This document shows, piece by piece, positions 17,568 to 27,175 of a stretch of 64,000 nucleotides of DNA. Both the position numbers and the translations under genes were made by a program. A model generated the notes under the pieces. The model was not told the origin of the DNA. It saw nothing but the letters and a program-made list of their open reading frames with translations, and did no database searches. This stretch comes from Chloroflexota bacterium (GTDB lineage: Bacteria > Chloroflexota > Limnocylindria > Limnocylindrales > CSP1-4): the NCBI GenBank assembly GCA_919901745.1, contig CAKKPP010000003.1:138840-202839 (forward strand). Reading direction: 5' to 3'. Every line of letters starts with the position of its first letter. Position 1 is the first letter of the stretch.

Positions 17568-19840
17568 CACTTCGCGGGTCCGGATGGCGCCGGCTCGATC
17601 GTGGGGACTGCACGTTCCAGCCAGCCGGGGATCCACCAGTTCCAGCGCCCGAGCAGGCGCATCGTGGCGGGGACGAGGAGCGCCCGGACGATGGTTGCAT
17701 CGAGGGCCACGGCGATCGCCATCCCGAGGCCGAGCGCCTTGATCAGAACGATGTCCGCGAACGCGAAGGATCCGGCGACCACCACCACGATCAACGCGGC
17801 CGAGGTCACGATCCGCCCACTCCGCTCGAGGCCGAGCGCGACCGCCTCGCGGTTGTCCCCGGTCCGCTCCCACGTTTCCTTCATGCGGGTCAGCAGGAAC
17901 ACCTCGTAATCCATCGACAGTCCGAACAGCACGCAGAACAGGATGACCGGCAGCGTGGTCTCCACGAACCCCAGCGGCGCGAACCCGAGGATCGCGCTCA
18001 GGTTGCCGTCCTGGAAGATCCAGACGAGCGCGCCGAACGATGCGGCGATCGACAGCGCGTTCATCAGGAGCGCCTTCGCCGGCAGGATCACCGAGCGGAG
18101 GAGCAGGAAGAGCACGAGGTAGGTGGTCACGATGATGAACAGGCCCGACCGCGGGAAGTCGGCGGAGATGCGGTCCACCACGTCCACCACGCTCGCGGCT
18201 CCTCCGCCGACGAGGACCGTCAGGCCCGCGGGTGGGGCAAGGCGCCCGGCCGCGTCACGGAGGTCGGTCACCAGGTCGCGCGCCTCCTGGCGGTTCGGAC
18301 CGTACGGGGTGAACACGGTGAACACCGCGAGATCGGCTCGAGTGGTCGCCGCAAGGGCGGCCTGCACGAATCGGTCCGGCGGGCCCGACGGGCTCGCGTA
18401 CATGAGCTGGTACTGCGCGAGGCGGATCCGGGGATCGAGATCGACCGGGCCGTCGATCCGGCTGATCCGATCGTCGGCGTCGAGGCGGCGGGAGTACTCG
18501 TACAGGCGAGCGACGTTGTCCGGGGCGAGCACCGGACCATCGGTCCGGATCGCCAGGGTGAGCGGGGCGATGGCGCCCTCTCCGAATGCCCCGATGAGCC
18601 GGTCGTAGGCGATCTTCGACGGTACGGTCGGCGGAAGGATCGTGGCGTCGGGGGCGTTCAGCCGGATGTGCAGGAACGGGGTGCCGAGCACGAGCAGGAA
18701 CGCGAGCGTCGGCACGAGCACGGCGACCGGCCGGTTCATCACCCGTCGCGCCAGACGGGCCCATGGCCCTCGATCGTCGGGCGTCGCCCGGACGCGGCGA
18801 ACGGCAAGGGCGTCGATTCGCTCACCGACGACGAGGAGGATCGCCGGCAGGAGGGTGAGCGCGGCGGAGACCGCAAACAGCACCACCACGGCACCCGCGA
18901 TACCGACCGAGCGCAGGATCATGAACTCGAACAGGACGAGTCCGAGCAACCCGAGAAGAACCGTCAGGCCCGAGAAGAACACGGCGCGGCCGGCCGTCGC
19001 GACCGTCGCACGGACAGCTTGCGCGACGCGGTCGGGCCCGTCGCCGTCAGGCCCGTCGCGGTTTGCCAGCTCTTCGCGGAATCGACTGGTCATCAGCAGC
19101 GAGTAGTCCACGCCGAGGCCCAGGCCCAGGAGCGTCGCGAGATTGAGCACGAAGATGCTCATCGGGGTGAGTCCGGCAAGGACGCCGATCACCGCCAGCG
19201 CGACGATGACGGCCGCTCCCCCGACCACCAGCGGCACCGCGGCCGCCACGAGCGATCCGAAGACGAGGAGCAAGGCGAGCGAAGCCAACGGCAGGGAGAT
19301 GAGCTCGCTGCGCTGCAGGTCCCGCTCCGAAACGGCCTGCACGTCGCCGTAGAATGCCGGCCCGCCGGCGATCCCAACCTCGAGGCCCGATGCTTCGCCG
19401 AGTGCGGCCTCGATGCCGGGCAACGCATCGGGGGAGACGTCAGGGTGGAGGTCCAGGAAGACGATGTCGTAGACCGTCCGACCGTCGGAGGAGACCTGCC
19501 GTGGGGACAGGACATGGGATGCGACTCCGGTGACGTGTGGAGCGCTCGCGACGTCGAGCATCGCCACGCGGGCCGCTTCCTCGAATGCCGGAGACCCGGC
19601 GAGCATCGAGTCGGAGGAGAGGACGATGACGAGCGCCGAGGGCGACGCTCCCAACTCGGACTCGATCAGGGCGAGCGCGCGGGAGGACTCGAGATCGTCG
19701 AGCGTGAACCCCCCGGCTCGCAACTCCCCAGGGACACGCGTTGCCAGTGGCACGGCCACGATCAGGATGGCAATCCAGGCACCGATGACGACCCAACGGT
19801 GGCCCGCGACGACGTCGGCGATGCGGTCGAACGCGGTCAT
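17567..19840 (-). CDS. MMPL family RND-superfamily transporter
   Basis: About 757 aa, two 6-TM bundles plus two periplasmic domains, typical MMPL N-terminus (RHRWVVIGAWIAILIV). Start chosen at MTAFDR; the track GTG at 19903 is also possible. Confidence 0.85.
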   Translation of the reverse strand: MTAFDRIADVVAGHRWVVIGAWIAILIVAVPLATRVPGELRAGGFTLDDLESSRALALIESELGASPSALVIVLSSDSMLAGSPAFEEAARVAMLDVASAPHVTGVASHVLSPRQVSSDGRTVYDIVFLDLHPDVSPDALPGIEAALGEASGLEVGIAGGPAFYGDVQAVSERDLQRSELISLPLASLALLLVFGSLVAAAVPLVVGGAAVIVALAVIGVLAGLTPMSIFVLNLATLLGLGLGVDYSLLMTSRFREELANRDGPDGDGPDRVAQAVRATVATAGRAVFFSGLTVLLGLLGLVLFEFMILRSVGIAGAVVVLFAVSAALTLLPAILLVVGERIDALAVRRVRATPDDRGPWARLARRVMNRPVAVLVPTLAFLLVLGTPFLHIRLNAPDATILPPTVPSKIAYDRLIGAFGEGAIAPLTLAIRTDGPVLAPDNVARLYEYSRRLDADDRISRIDGPVDLDPRIRLAQYQLMYASPSGPPDRFVQAALAATTRADLAVFTVFTPYGPNRQEARDLVTDLRDAAGRLAPPAGLTVLVGGGAASVVDVVDRISADFPRSGLFIIVTTYLVLFLLLRSVILPAKALLMNALSIAASFGALVWIFQDGNLSAILGFAPLGFVETTLPVILFCVLFGLSMDYEVFLLTRMKETWERTGDNREAVALGLERSGRIVTSAALIVVVVAGSFAFADIVLIKALGLGMAIAVALDATIVRALLVPATMRLLGRWNWWIPGWLERAVPTIEPAPSGPAK

Positions 19841-19955
19841 CTCTCGAGCACGCCGAACGAGCGCTCTCGGCTGGGGAGGGTCACGGTCCGCATCGTAGCC
19901 CACGTCGCTCTGCTAGCATTCGCGCGACGGATCACCGCCAGCCACGAGGCTCAGC

Positions 19956-20276
19956 GTGCAGCTCTTCACTCTCGCCTTTGAGCGCCCAATCGAATTGACG
20001 GTTTCGCTCGGCCTGGCCGCGATCATCATCCTGATCATGCTGTTCTCCGCGAAGTCGTCGGACGGCCGATCACGCTGGACGCGGTTCATCACCGGTCCCA
20101 ACGGCAAGATCTTCTTCGGCCTGGCCTTCGTCGGCTGGGCGGTCGTGTTCGGGATCGGCCTGCAGCTCGTGCCCCACGAGGGAGCCAGCACGCCCTACGG
20201 CGGACTCGGCCTGATCGCCATGTTCAGCGGCGTGTTCATCATGTTCGGCTTCCTCTGGGCGGTCATCGGGGAGTAG
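19956..20276 (+). CDS. Small membrane protein, hypothetical (106 aa)
   Basis: Three hydrophobic helices; GTG start. Confidence 0.45.
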   Translation: MQLFTLAFERPIELTVSLGLAAIIILIMLFSAKSSDGRSRWTRFITGPNGKIFFGLAFVGWAVVFGIGLQLVPHEGASTPYGGLGLIAMFSGVFIMFGFLWAVIGE

Positions 20277-20429
20277 CCCGGGACTCGTTTTCGCGGCGCG
20301 ATCGAATTCATCGTGTCGCCACGCCAGGCCGGCCTCACCTCGTGACCGGCGTCATCACCCGCAACAGCTGCGGGATGTTTCCTGGCCGCGCCTCCGGTCT
20401 CGGCGGCGCCGCTCCGCCCGGAGCGCCGG

Positions 20430-21242
20430 ATGCCCCATGATTGGCCGATGGCCGAACGGAAGGTCCGACAGACTCCGGAGGCGGAGCACCTCGCCGAGCA
20501 GGAGCGACTGTTTTCCGAGCTGACCGAGCAGCTCGCGACTCGCGAGACAAATTTGGCGACGCTGGGGAGCGATTTCGCCCGGTTCCGGGCCGCGTATCTC
20601 ATCCGGTTCGCGCCGCTCTACGCGGAACTCGACCGGCTCGAAGCCGACATTGCGCGGATCCTCGCCGAGCGCATGCACACCGAGGGGCCGGAAGCCGATT
20701 TCGCCCGCGAACGCGCCGAAACGGCCGAGGCCCGGGCCGCTGAATCAGGCGCCGCTGCCGAGGACGTAGCCGCTGAGCCGGAGGCGCTGCCCGAGCCGGG
20801 TCCCGATCTCAAGGCCCTGTACCGCCAGGTCGCCAAGGCCGTTCACCCGGACCTCGCGGCTGATGAGCACGAGCGCGCCCGCCGGACGCAACTCATGGCC
20901 GCCGCGAGCGCCGCATACGCCGCCGGCGATGAGGCCGCGCTCACCCGGATGCTCGATGGCGAAGCCGCGCGACCCGAGGCGATCGTCGGCGATGACACCG
21001 GGGCGCGTCTCGTCCGAACGCTCCGCCAGATCGCCCAGGTCCGTCGGCGGCTCGCCGAACTCGACGAGCTCAGCCAGGCCCTCGAGGACGACCCGATGTG
21101 GCTGCTGTTCGACACCGTCCGCGCCCGCAAGGCCAAGGGCGAGGATCCACTCGGCGAGACAGAGGTCGATCTCCTTGCGCGAATCAACTCGGCTCGTGCA
21201 CAGCTCGAAGCGCTGCGCCTCAGCGCCACCGGTGCCGCCTGA
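20430..21242 (+). CDS. J-domain (DnaJ-like) protein with flanking coiled coils
   Basis: LKALYRQVAKAVHPDL contains the HPD tripeptide in a helix II/III context. N- and C-terminal parts are predicted coiled coil. Confidence 0.55.
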   Translation: MPHDWPMAERKVRQTPEAEHLAEQERLFSELTEQLATRETNLATLGSDFARFRAAYLIRFAPLYAELDRLEADIARILAERMHTEGPEADFARERAETAEARAAESGAAAEDVAAEPEALPEPGPDLKALYRQVAKAVHPDLAADEHERARRTQLMAAASAAYAAGDEAALTRMLDGEAARPEAIVGDDTGARLVRTLRQIAQVRRRLAELDELSQALEDDPMWLLFDTVRARKAKGEDPLGETEVDLLARINSARAQLEALRLSATGAA

Positions 21243-21245
21243 CCG

Positions 21246-22358
21246 ATGGCCGAGGACCAGGCACCCAACCGCGCGCTTGCGAAGCTCTCCGATCAGACGC
21301 TCGCGCCCGCACGGTCACTCGCGGAACGAACGCTCGCCGCGTTGCTGGACCGGAGCGACAACGCCCTTGCTGTGCCGCGCCGGCTCATCGTGGCGGCGGA
21401 TGGATCCGCGATGTTCACGACGATCGGCGCGGCGATTTCCGTGGCCGTCGACGGCGACGAGATCGTGGTCGAACCCGGCCGCTACGTAGAACACCTGACG
21501 ATCGACCGGTCGATCCGACTGAGCGGCCACGGGGCACGAGACCAAATCGTTCTCGCGCCGCCAACGCCGGAGGCCGCGTGCATTGTGATCACGCGCGGAG
21601 CGCCGCACCTCGCGGGGTTCACGCTTGATTCAAGGCCGCGTGAACTGGTCCCAGAGCTTCAGAGTGACGGGGTCGACTGGCATCTTCTCCAAATCACAGG
21701 CGGGGCGCCCGTGCTGGAAGCTCTCGATCTCGCCGGCAGGTTTGGGATCGGGATTCATGGTGCCGGGACCAAAGGGGTCGTGCGACTGTGCTCGATCCAC
21801 GACGGTTTGACTGGCATCAGCGTAAGAGTGGGAGCCCAGCCCACGATCGAACACAACGAGATCTGGGGGTTGAATATCCAGGGTCTCGACATCAGCTGGC
21901 CTGGGACGGCGCCGCTCGTTCGAGAGAATCGCATTCACCACGTGGGGATAGGCATCAGGGTCAGCGGCGGCGCCGAACCCCGGATCGAGGGGAACGAGAT
22001 CTGGGCGAGCGAAGTAGTCGGGATAAGGATCGGTGGTAGGCCGATAGCGCCACTCGTTCGGGCGAATAGGATCCACGATGGCAGGGGGCAGGGCATCCAC
22101 GTGTTTCAGACCAACCCGAGAATCGAGGATAACGAGATCTGGGCGAACCAGTTGGAGGGGCTCTGCATAACAGGTATCCACAGCTCACCCTCTATCACGG
22201 GAAATACGGTCCGCGACGGCTTCGGCGACGGCATCGCCGTGCTCGAAGGCGCATCACCGACCATCTACGGCAATACCGTCACCGGCAACGCTCAGCACCA
22301 GATACGCGTCGCGGACGACGCCAGCCCCGTAATTGGAGAGAACGTCATTTCGGCGTGA
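21246..22358 (+). CDS. Right-handed parallel beta-helix repeat protein
   Basis: Seven or more PbH1-like repeats (NEIWG/NEIWA...GI.I). No signal peptide. Starts 4 nt after the J-domain gene stop. Confidence 0.75.
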   Translation: MAEDQAPNRALAKLSDQTLAPARSLAERTLAALLDRSDNALAVPRRLIVAADGSAMFTTIGAAISVAVDGDEIVVEPGRYVEHLTIDRSIRLSGHGARDQIVLAPPTPEAACIVITRGAPHLAGFTLDSRPRELVPELQSDGVDWHLLQITGGAPVLEALDLAGRFGIGIHGAGTKGVVRLCSIHDGLTGISVRVGAQPTIEHNEIWGLNIQGLDISWPGTAPLVRENRIHHVGIGIRVSGGAEPRIEGNEIWASEVVGIRIGGRPIAPLVRANRIHDGRGQGIHVFQTNPRIEDNEIWANQLEGLCITGIHSSPSITGNTVRDGFGDGIAVLEGASPTIYGNTVTGNAQHQIRVADDASPVIGENVISA

Positions 22359-22432
22359 GGTACGTCCGATAAGGCCATCGGTCCGGACGGTCCAATGGAT
22401 GGCCCGAGCGTCCGAATACTTCGCGTCAGTCC

Positions 22433-23257
22433 GTGACCTATGTAGCCAGCCGTAACCGTCATCATGAGGAGATGGACGACCTCCAACACCAGCATCAGCG
22501 CACGAATGAAGCCGTCGCGGAGACACTCGGGCACGTGCCGGGCATCCGCGAACGCGAACAGGCACTGTTTCAACGCGGCCCGGCTCCTGACTCCGAAGCT
22601 GGCCGCACGCGCAAGCTCCCTGGGGGCCGTTACGCCGAGATCATGGCAAGTGGATACCTCGCCGTCGCCGGCGACAACCTCCTGACCTGGCGCGCGGTGG
22701 TCCTCGCCAAGATTCAACCGGCGTACGGCCACCTGAGCCTCCTTCGAACCGCTGTCGAGTGCGCCGTGAATGCCCGATGGCTTCTTGACCCCTCGATCAG
22801 TGCGGCGTCGCGGATTGCTCGGGGTCTCGCCGCCCAGCGTGTTGATTACGAAGAGCGAAAGAAGGTCGAGGCCACCATCCGTGGCGGTCCCAAGATGAAA
22901 GCGCCCGGCAAGAGCGCCGTCGAACGACTCGATGACCTCAAGCACGAACAAGTCGCGAACGGGATCCCCAACGAGCCCATGAACGTTACCTCGGCGGCTC
23001 GAAGCTACCTCGTCGGCTCGGGAAGCGGAGAGGGCTCCTACCGGCTGCTCAGTGCTTTCGCACATGGCAAATCGTGGTCACTGCTCGCCAGCGACAAGAG
23101 AACCCTGCTTGGAATGAACCCACCACCACAAGGGCGCATCAGCCAGGTCACAGCGAGCGACGAGTTCGCCGTCGGAATGACGAACATTGCTGTCATGACC
23201 TATGCGGCGGCAGTCACTGATCTCGGATCGTATTTCCTGCGTGAGCCCGTGCCGTGA
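22433..23257 (+). CDS. Hypothetical protein in lower-GC segment
   Basis: 274-aa ORF with protein-like composition. Local GC is visibly lower than the surroundings. No motif recognised. Confidence 0.45.
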   Translation: MTYVASRNRHHEEMDDLQHQHQRTNEAVAETLGHVPGIREREQALFQRGPAPDSEAGRTRKLPGGRYAEIMASGYLAVAGDNLLTWRAVVLAKIQPAYGHLSLLRTAVECAVNARWLLDPSISAASRIARGLAAQRVDYEERKKVEATIRGGPKMKAPGKSAVERLDDLKHEQVANGIPNEPMNVTSAARSYLVGSGSGEGSYRLLSAFAHGKSWSLLASDKRTLLGMNPPPQGRISQVTASDEFAVGMTNIAVMTYAAAVTDLGSYFLREPVP

Positions 23258-23361
23258 TTACATCGGTTGGTCGATCGATCGGGCCCTCTCCCGTCGTCGG
23301 TCAGCGGCTGGTAAACAAAACCAAGGCGTCCCTGCGCGGAAGTCGCGCCGCCGTGTGCCAT

Positions 23362-23577
23362 CTAGAATCGTCCGATCCAGTGGGGCTCGATAACGGGATC
23401 GCCCGGCGATGCGGAGTCGATCGAGAATTCGGGCTGTCCGGTCGGGCCATGGAGCCGATCCCAATGGTCGTCACAGACCGGCAGCCTTTCCTCTCGTTTG
23501 CCGTCGGTCACGAGTCGCACCGTCCCAAGCTGCTGACACAGGCTATACGAGTAAAGAACCTCGGGAGACAAGGTCAT
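23362..23577 (-). CDS. Small hypothetical protein (71-88 aa) abutting the IS end
   Basis: MTLSPEVLYSYSLCQQLGTVRLVTDGKREERLPVCDDHWDRLHG; the track start 23628 lies 8 nt from the IS terminus. Confidence 0.3.
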   Translation of the reverse strand: MTLSPEVLYSYSLCQQLGTVRLVTDGKREERLPVCDDHWDRLHGPTGQPEFSIDSASPGDPVIEPHWIGRF

Positions 23578-23630
23578 TGGTTCCCGGCTCGTAATCACCC
23601 TGCATGGGGTCGATTCTGGCGTGGTCAAGT

Positions 23631-25005
23631 CGGCTGAAGTGGTGTAACCACTCGTCGGTGTGGTCAGGCGGCTGGTAGCTGCTTCACCTCCTCAGGTCCG
23701 GTCTCCATCAGGTCTCGAAGGATGAGCCCGAGCGATTCCTCGGCCAGGTAGCGCCGGCCGACGAGCCACTCGTCGTTCTGCTCGATGAGGAGCGCACCGG
23801 CGAGGCGGATCGCGGCGGCGTCGTTGGGGAAGATGCCGACCACGTCGGCCCGGCGGCCGATCTCGCGGTTGACCCGCTCGGGCGGGTTGGTGGAGCGGAG
23901 CTTCGACCAGTGGGCGGCCGGGAAGCGATAGAAGGCGAGCAGGTCCTCCTCGGCCGCCTCGAGCAGTTCGGCGACCTTGGGTGCCGGGCCGGCCAGGCGC
24001 TCGATCACCTGGCCCGCCCGCTCCCGTGCCGCCGCCTCGCAGTCGGCGTTGAATACCTCGCGCAGGGCGGCCGAGACCATGCCCCGCTGGCTGGGCCGGC
24101 AGTGGCGGTGCATGTCACGGACGAAGTGGACCGTGCAGCGCTGCCAGGGAGCGCCCAGGATCCGGGCGATCGCGGTCTTCAAGCCCGTGTGGTCGTCGGA
24201 GATGGCAAGCCGCACGCCGGCGAGGCCGCGCTCTCGCAGCGAGCGCAGGAAGCCGACCCAGAAGGCCTCGGTCTCGGTCTCGCCGATGTCGAGCCCGAGC
24301 ACCTCCCGCCGGCCGGATTCGTGGACGCCGTAGGCGATCACGACCGCCTTCGGATAGACGTGGCCACGATCGCGGACCTTGACCACCTTGGCATCGAGCC
24401 ACAGGTAGGGATACTCGCCCTCGAGCGGGCGCGAGCGGAACGCGTCGACCTTGCCGTCGAGCGCCCGGCACAGCGCCGACACCCGGTCCTTGGTCATGCC
24501 GTGGATCCCGAGCTGCTCCACCAGCCGGTCGACCTTGCGGGTGGACACGCCGTTGACGTACGCCTCCATCACCACCGCCACGATCGCCTGCTCACTCCGT
24601 CGCCTGGGTTCGAGGAACGAGGGGAAGTAGGCCTCGCCACTGCGCTTGCGCGGGATGAGCAGGTCGAGCTCGCCGACCCGGGTCTCCCAGAGCCGCGGGC
24701 GATACCCGTTGCGGTGAGTCAGGCGGGTGTCCGAAACCTCGCCCCTGGCGGCGCCGATCTTGGCGCTGACCTCGGCCTCCATCAGCTGAGCGACGACCAT
24801 CGCCACCGCGTCGCGGAGGACATCGGCGTGTTCGTTGAACAGGGTCTTGGCGGCGTGCTCGGCAGCCGTCATGCTGTGCCCCTCGGCCATCGTGGTGCTC
24901 CCTTCGTCGGTCGACTTGGTCGTCAATCGACGAGTCTGGGACTCCGCGGTGGCCGTCGTCTCGTTGCTCGGCCACCAGCGGGTTCCCGTTACACCACTTG
25001 TACCG
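23631..25005 (-). mobile_element. IS256-family insertion sequence (about 1.37 kb)
   Basis: Single transposase ORF. Imperfect terminal inverted repeats share the core AAGTGGTGTAAC at 23636-23648 and 24988-25000 (reverse complement). Confidence 0.75.
23664..24926 (-). CDS. IS256 (Mutator) family transposase
   Basis: 420 aa, typical IS256 transposase N-terminal helical region and DDE core (…GVHESGRREVLGLDIGETE…, …DDHTGLKTAI…). Confidence 0.9.
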   Translation of the reverse strand: MTTKSTDEGSTTMAEGHSMTAAEHAAKTLFNEHADVLRDAVAMVVAQLMEAEVSAKIGAARGEVSDTRLTHRNGYRPRLWETRVGELDLLIPRKRSGEAYFPSFLEPRRRSEQAIVAVVMEAYVNGVSTRKVDRLVEQLGIHGMTKDRVSALCRALDGKVDAFRSRPLEGEYPYLWLDAKVVKVRDRGHVYPKAVVIAYGVHESGRREVLGLDIGETETEAFWVGFLRSLRERGLAGVRLAISDDHTGLKTAIARILGAPWQRCTVHFVRDMHRHCRPSQRGMVSAALREVFNADCEAAARERAGQVIERLAGPAPKVAELLEAAEEDLLAFYRFPAAHWSKLRSTNPPERVNREIGRRADVVGIFPNDAAAIRLAGALLIEQNDEWLVGRRYLAEESLGLILRDLMETGPEEVKQLPAA

Positions 25006-25113
25006 CCTCAACCTCTGGCGTGACCTCGTACGACACTCCGACATGATAGAACTCGGTAAAGACGAGCATCAACTTCCTAGTTGGTCGATGGCTCGTCCTT
25101 GCCTCCTCGACCC

Positions 25114-25548
25114 TCAGCCGCGCTTGCGGGCGACCCAGGCCTCCTCGAACGGCCACTTGCGGGCCCAGTCCGCGGTCACATGCGTGTACTTGGCGTTGTC
25201 GACCGCGTCGGGCGGCGCCTGAATCTCCACGAGTCGTTCGATCTCGAGGCCGTGCTCCCGCAGGAGCCGGATCCACTCGCCGTGCGGGACGTGAAACTCG
25301 ACCGACGTGCCGTCCGGCCAGGCCGTCCGATGCATCCCGAAGAGCGGGCGCCGGAGGGCCTCATTGGCCGCATCGTTCACCACGTACCGTTCGACCGCGA
25401 GCAGGAGGATGACGCCGTTCGTCAGGAAGACGAGCTGCTCACGCGCCCGGAGCAGCCGCGGGTGACATTCGCGTACGCAACAGCACAGCGCGCCGCCCTT
25501 GACGCTGGGTAGTTGCTCATCTATCGTCTTGTCGATATGGTTGAGCAA
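25114..25548 (-). pseudogene. C-terminal remnant of a class I SAM-dependent methyltransferase
   Basis: The C-terminal about 100 aa (…GMHRTAWPDGTSVEFHVPHGEWIRLLREHGLEIERLVEIQAPPD…) looks like the end of a small-molecule MTase. The N-terminal part of the ORF is not MTase-like. Confidence 0.4.
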
Positions 25549-26232
25549 TCCGGACTCACCGTCTCGGAGGTCGCGTCACGGCTCGGGGTCCACCCGAGCA
25601 GGGTCCGAGCGCTGATTCATGCGGGCGATCTCAGGGCCCGGTCCGTCGGCGGGCGCTGGTTCATCGACCCCGATAGCGTCGACGCTCGCACGGCCCAGGG
25701 CACTGCGTCCGGTCGACGGCTAACCCCCGCGCGCGCATGGGGGCTCCTGTTCCTCGCCGACGATCAGCGGCCGACCTGGCTCGACACGAACGCGATCTGG
25801 AAGCTCCGTCGCCTGCTCGAGGCGGATGGGCTTGACCGCCTTCGTCCCCGCCTTGTCGACCGTGGACGCCGGACAGCGTGGCGCGCCCATCCGTCGGATC
25901 TCCAACGGATCCGTGAGACAGCGGCGCTGACTCGTACTGGGGCGTCAGCGCAGGCGGCGGCATCGGCAGGTCTCATCGCCTCCGACGTGGTGGACGGCTA
26001 TGTGCCATCGGACGCTCAGGGCCCGCTCGTCGCCACCTTCGGTCTCCGCCCCTCCGACCAGCCGAACATCATCCTGCGCATCGTCCCTCCGTTTTCGGAC
26101 CCGTGGCCCCTGGGCCCCGAAGCCCCGGCGTCGGTCGTCGCCATCGACCTCCTCGAGGACCCCGATCCTCGGACCCGGGCGGTGGGTCGTTCGATGATCC
26201 AGCGGTATCGATGGCCGATCGACCGATCCTGA
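25537..26232 (+). CDS. Excisionase/MerR-type HTH DNA-binding protein (putative antitoxin/regulator)
   Basis: LTVSEVASRLGVHPSRVRALIHAGDLRARSVGGRWFID is the excisionase-family HTH; the C-terminal domain is unknown. Overlaps the downstream gene by 22 nt. Confidence 0.6.
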   Translation: MVEQSGLTVSEVASRLGVHPSRVRALIHAGDLRARSVGGRWFIDPDSVDARTAQGTASGRRLTPARAWGLLFLADDQRPTWLDTNAIWKLRRLLEADGLDRLRPRLVDRGRRTAWRAHPSDLQRIRETAALTRTGASAQAAASAGLIASDVVDGYVPSDAQGPLVATFGLRPSDQPNIILRIVPPFSDPWPLGPEAPASVVAIDLLEDPDPRTRAVGRSMIQRYRWPIDRS

Positions 26233-26942
26233 TCGAAGCAGCGACGGAGCAGGAGCGGCAGCTCTGGCTCGCGACGATCGAGCTCGTGGGCCTGCTCGAC
26301 GGCATACGCTGGGTCCTGATCGGGGGCCAGATGCTGACGATCATCGAGCGCGAGCATGGCGGCGGGGTGGGTCGCGCCACCGTGGACATCGATGCCCTGA
26401 TCGACATCCGCGCATCGCTCCAAGCGACGAGGCAGGCCGCACGGCGACTGGCGGCCGCTGGCTACGAGGCGCAACCCACCGCCGATGGCTTCGCGTATCG
26501 CTTCGTGCGCGGTGGCGACATCGTCGATGTGCTCGCGCCCGAGCGTGTGGGCCGGCGAGCCGATCTGACCACGGAGGCACCTTGGGTCACCCTCGAGACC
26601 ATCGGTGGGACGCAGGCCCTCGCCCGCCGGCGCGCCGTCGCGGTAGCGTTCGAGGACGTGACGGTCGATATCCCGGTGCCGACACTGCTCGGTGCATTGG
26701 TCATCAAGGCGCGGGCGGTCGCCGGTAGCCGCGATCATCGCGACAAGCACGAGCGCGATGTGGCGCGGCTGCTCGTCCTCGTCGATGACCCTCGTTCGCT
26801 CGCCTCGTCGATGACCCGAACGGATCGCCGAAACCTCCGATCGCTGGAGGCAATGCAGTCCGTTGACCACCCCGCATGGCGTGGCATCCCGACGGCCGTC
26901 GATGGTGCGATCGCCGTCGAACAGCTCCTCCGCGGAATCTGA
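26211..26942 (+). CDS. Nucleotidyltransferase (Pol-beta superfamily, AbiEii/DUF1814-like)
   Basis: LIGGQMLTIIEREHGGGVGRATVDIDALID (the GG...D.D NTase motif) and KARAVAGSRDHRDKHERDVARLL resembling the AbiEii C-terminal motif. Confidence 0.55.
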   Translation: MADRPILIEAATEQERQLWLATIELVGLLDGIRWVLIGGQMLTIIEREHGGGVGRATVDIDALIDIRASLQATRQAARRLAAAGYEAQPTADGFAYRFVRGGDIVDVLAPERVGRRADLTTEAPWVTLETIGGTQALARRRAVAVAFEDVTVDIPVPTLLGALVIKARAVAGSRDHRDKHERDVARLLVLVDDPRSLASSMTRTDRRNLRSLEAMQSVDHPAWRGIPTAVDGAIAVEQLLRGI

Positions 26943-27025
26943 CCCGAGCTGGTGGGCTGCGGCTGGGCTCCGTACCGGACGGACCCACTCGGAGATCCCT
27001 TTGCCTTCGAGGCCGTCGGGGAGGA

Positions 27026-27175
27026 ATGACGCTCGGAGTCGGGCACGTCCCAGATGCCCCACGATGGTTCGGCGGCGGCCCAGGCGCGGCGCCCGGATTC
27101 CGCATAGTCGGAGGCGTAGCGGTCCCAGGCCTCGCGGTTCGCGGCAACGTGCCCGGGGAGAAGCTCGTCGGTCAT
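27026..27175 (-). pseudogene. N-terminal remnant (about 50 aa) of the same SAM-dependent methyltransferase
   Basis: MTDELLPGHVAANREAWDRYASDYAESGRRAWAAAEPSWGIWDVPDSE is a typical MTase N-terminus. The frame degenerates immediately after; the track ORF continues as junk. Confidence 0.45.

Noticed and set aside
18668-19981. 437-aa plus-strand ORF and other 150-350-aa ORFs inside the MMPL gene
   Set aside because: Antisense or off-frame to a textbook MMPL transporter; highly charged low-complexity translation.
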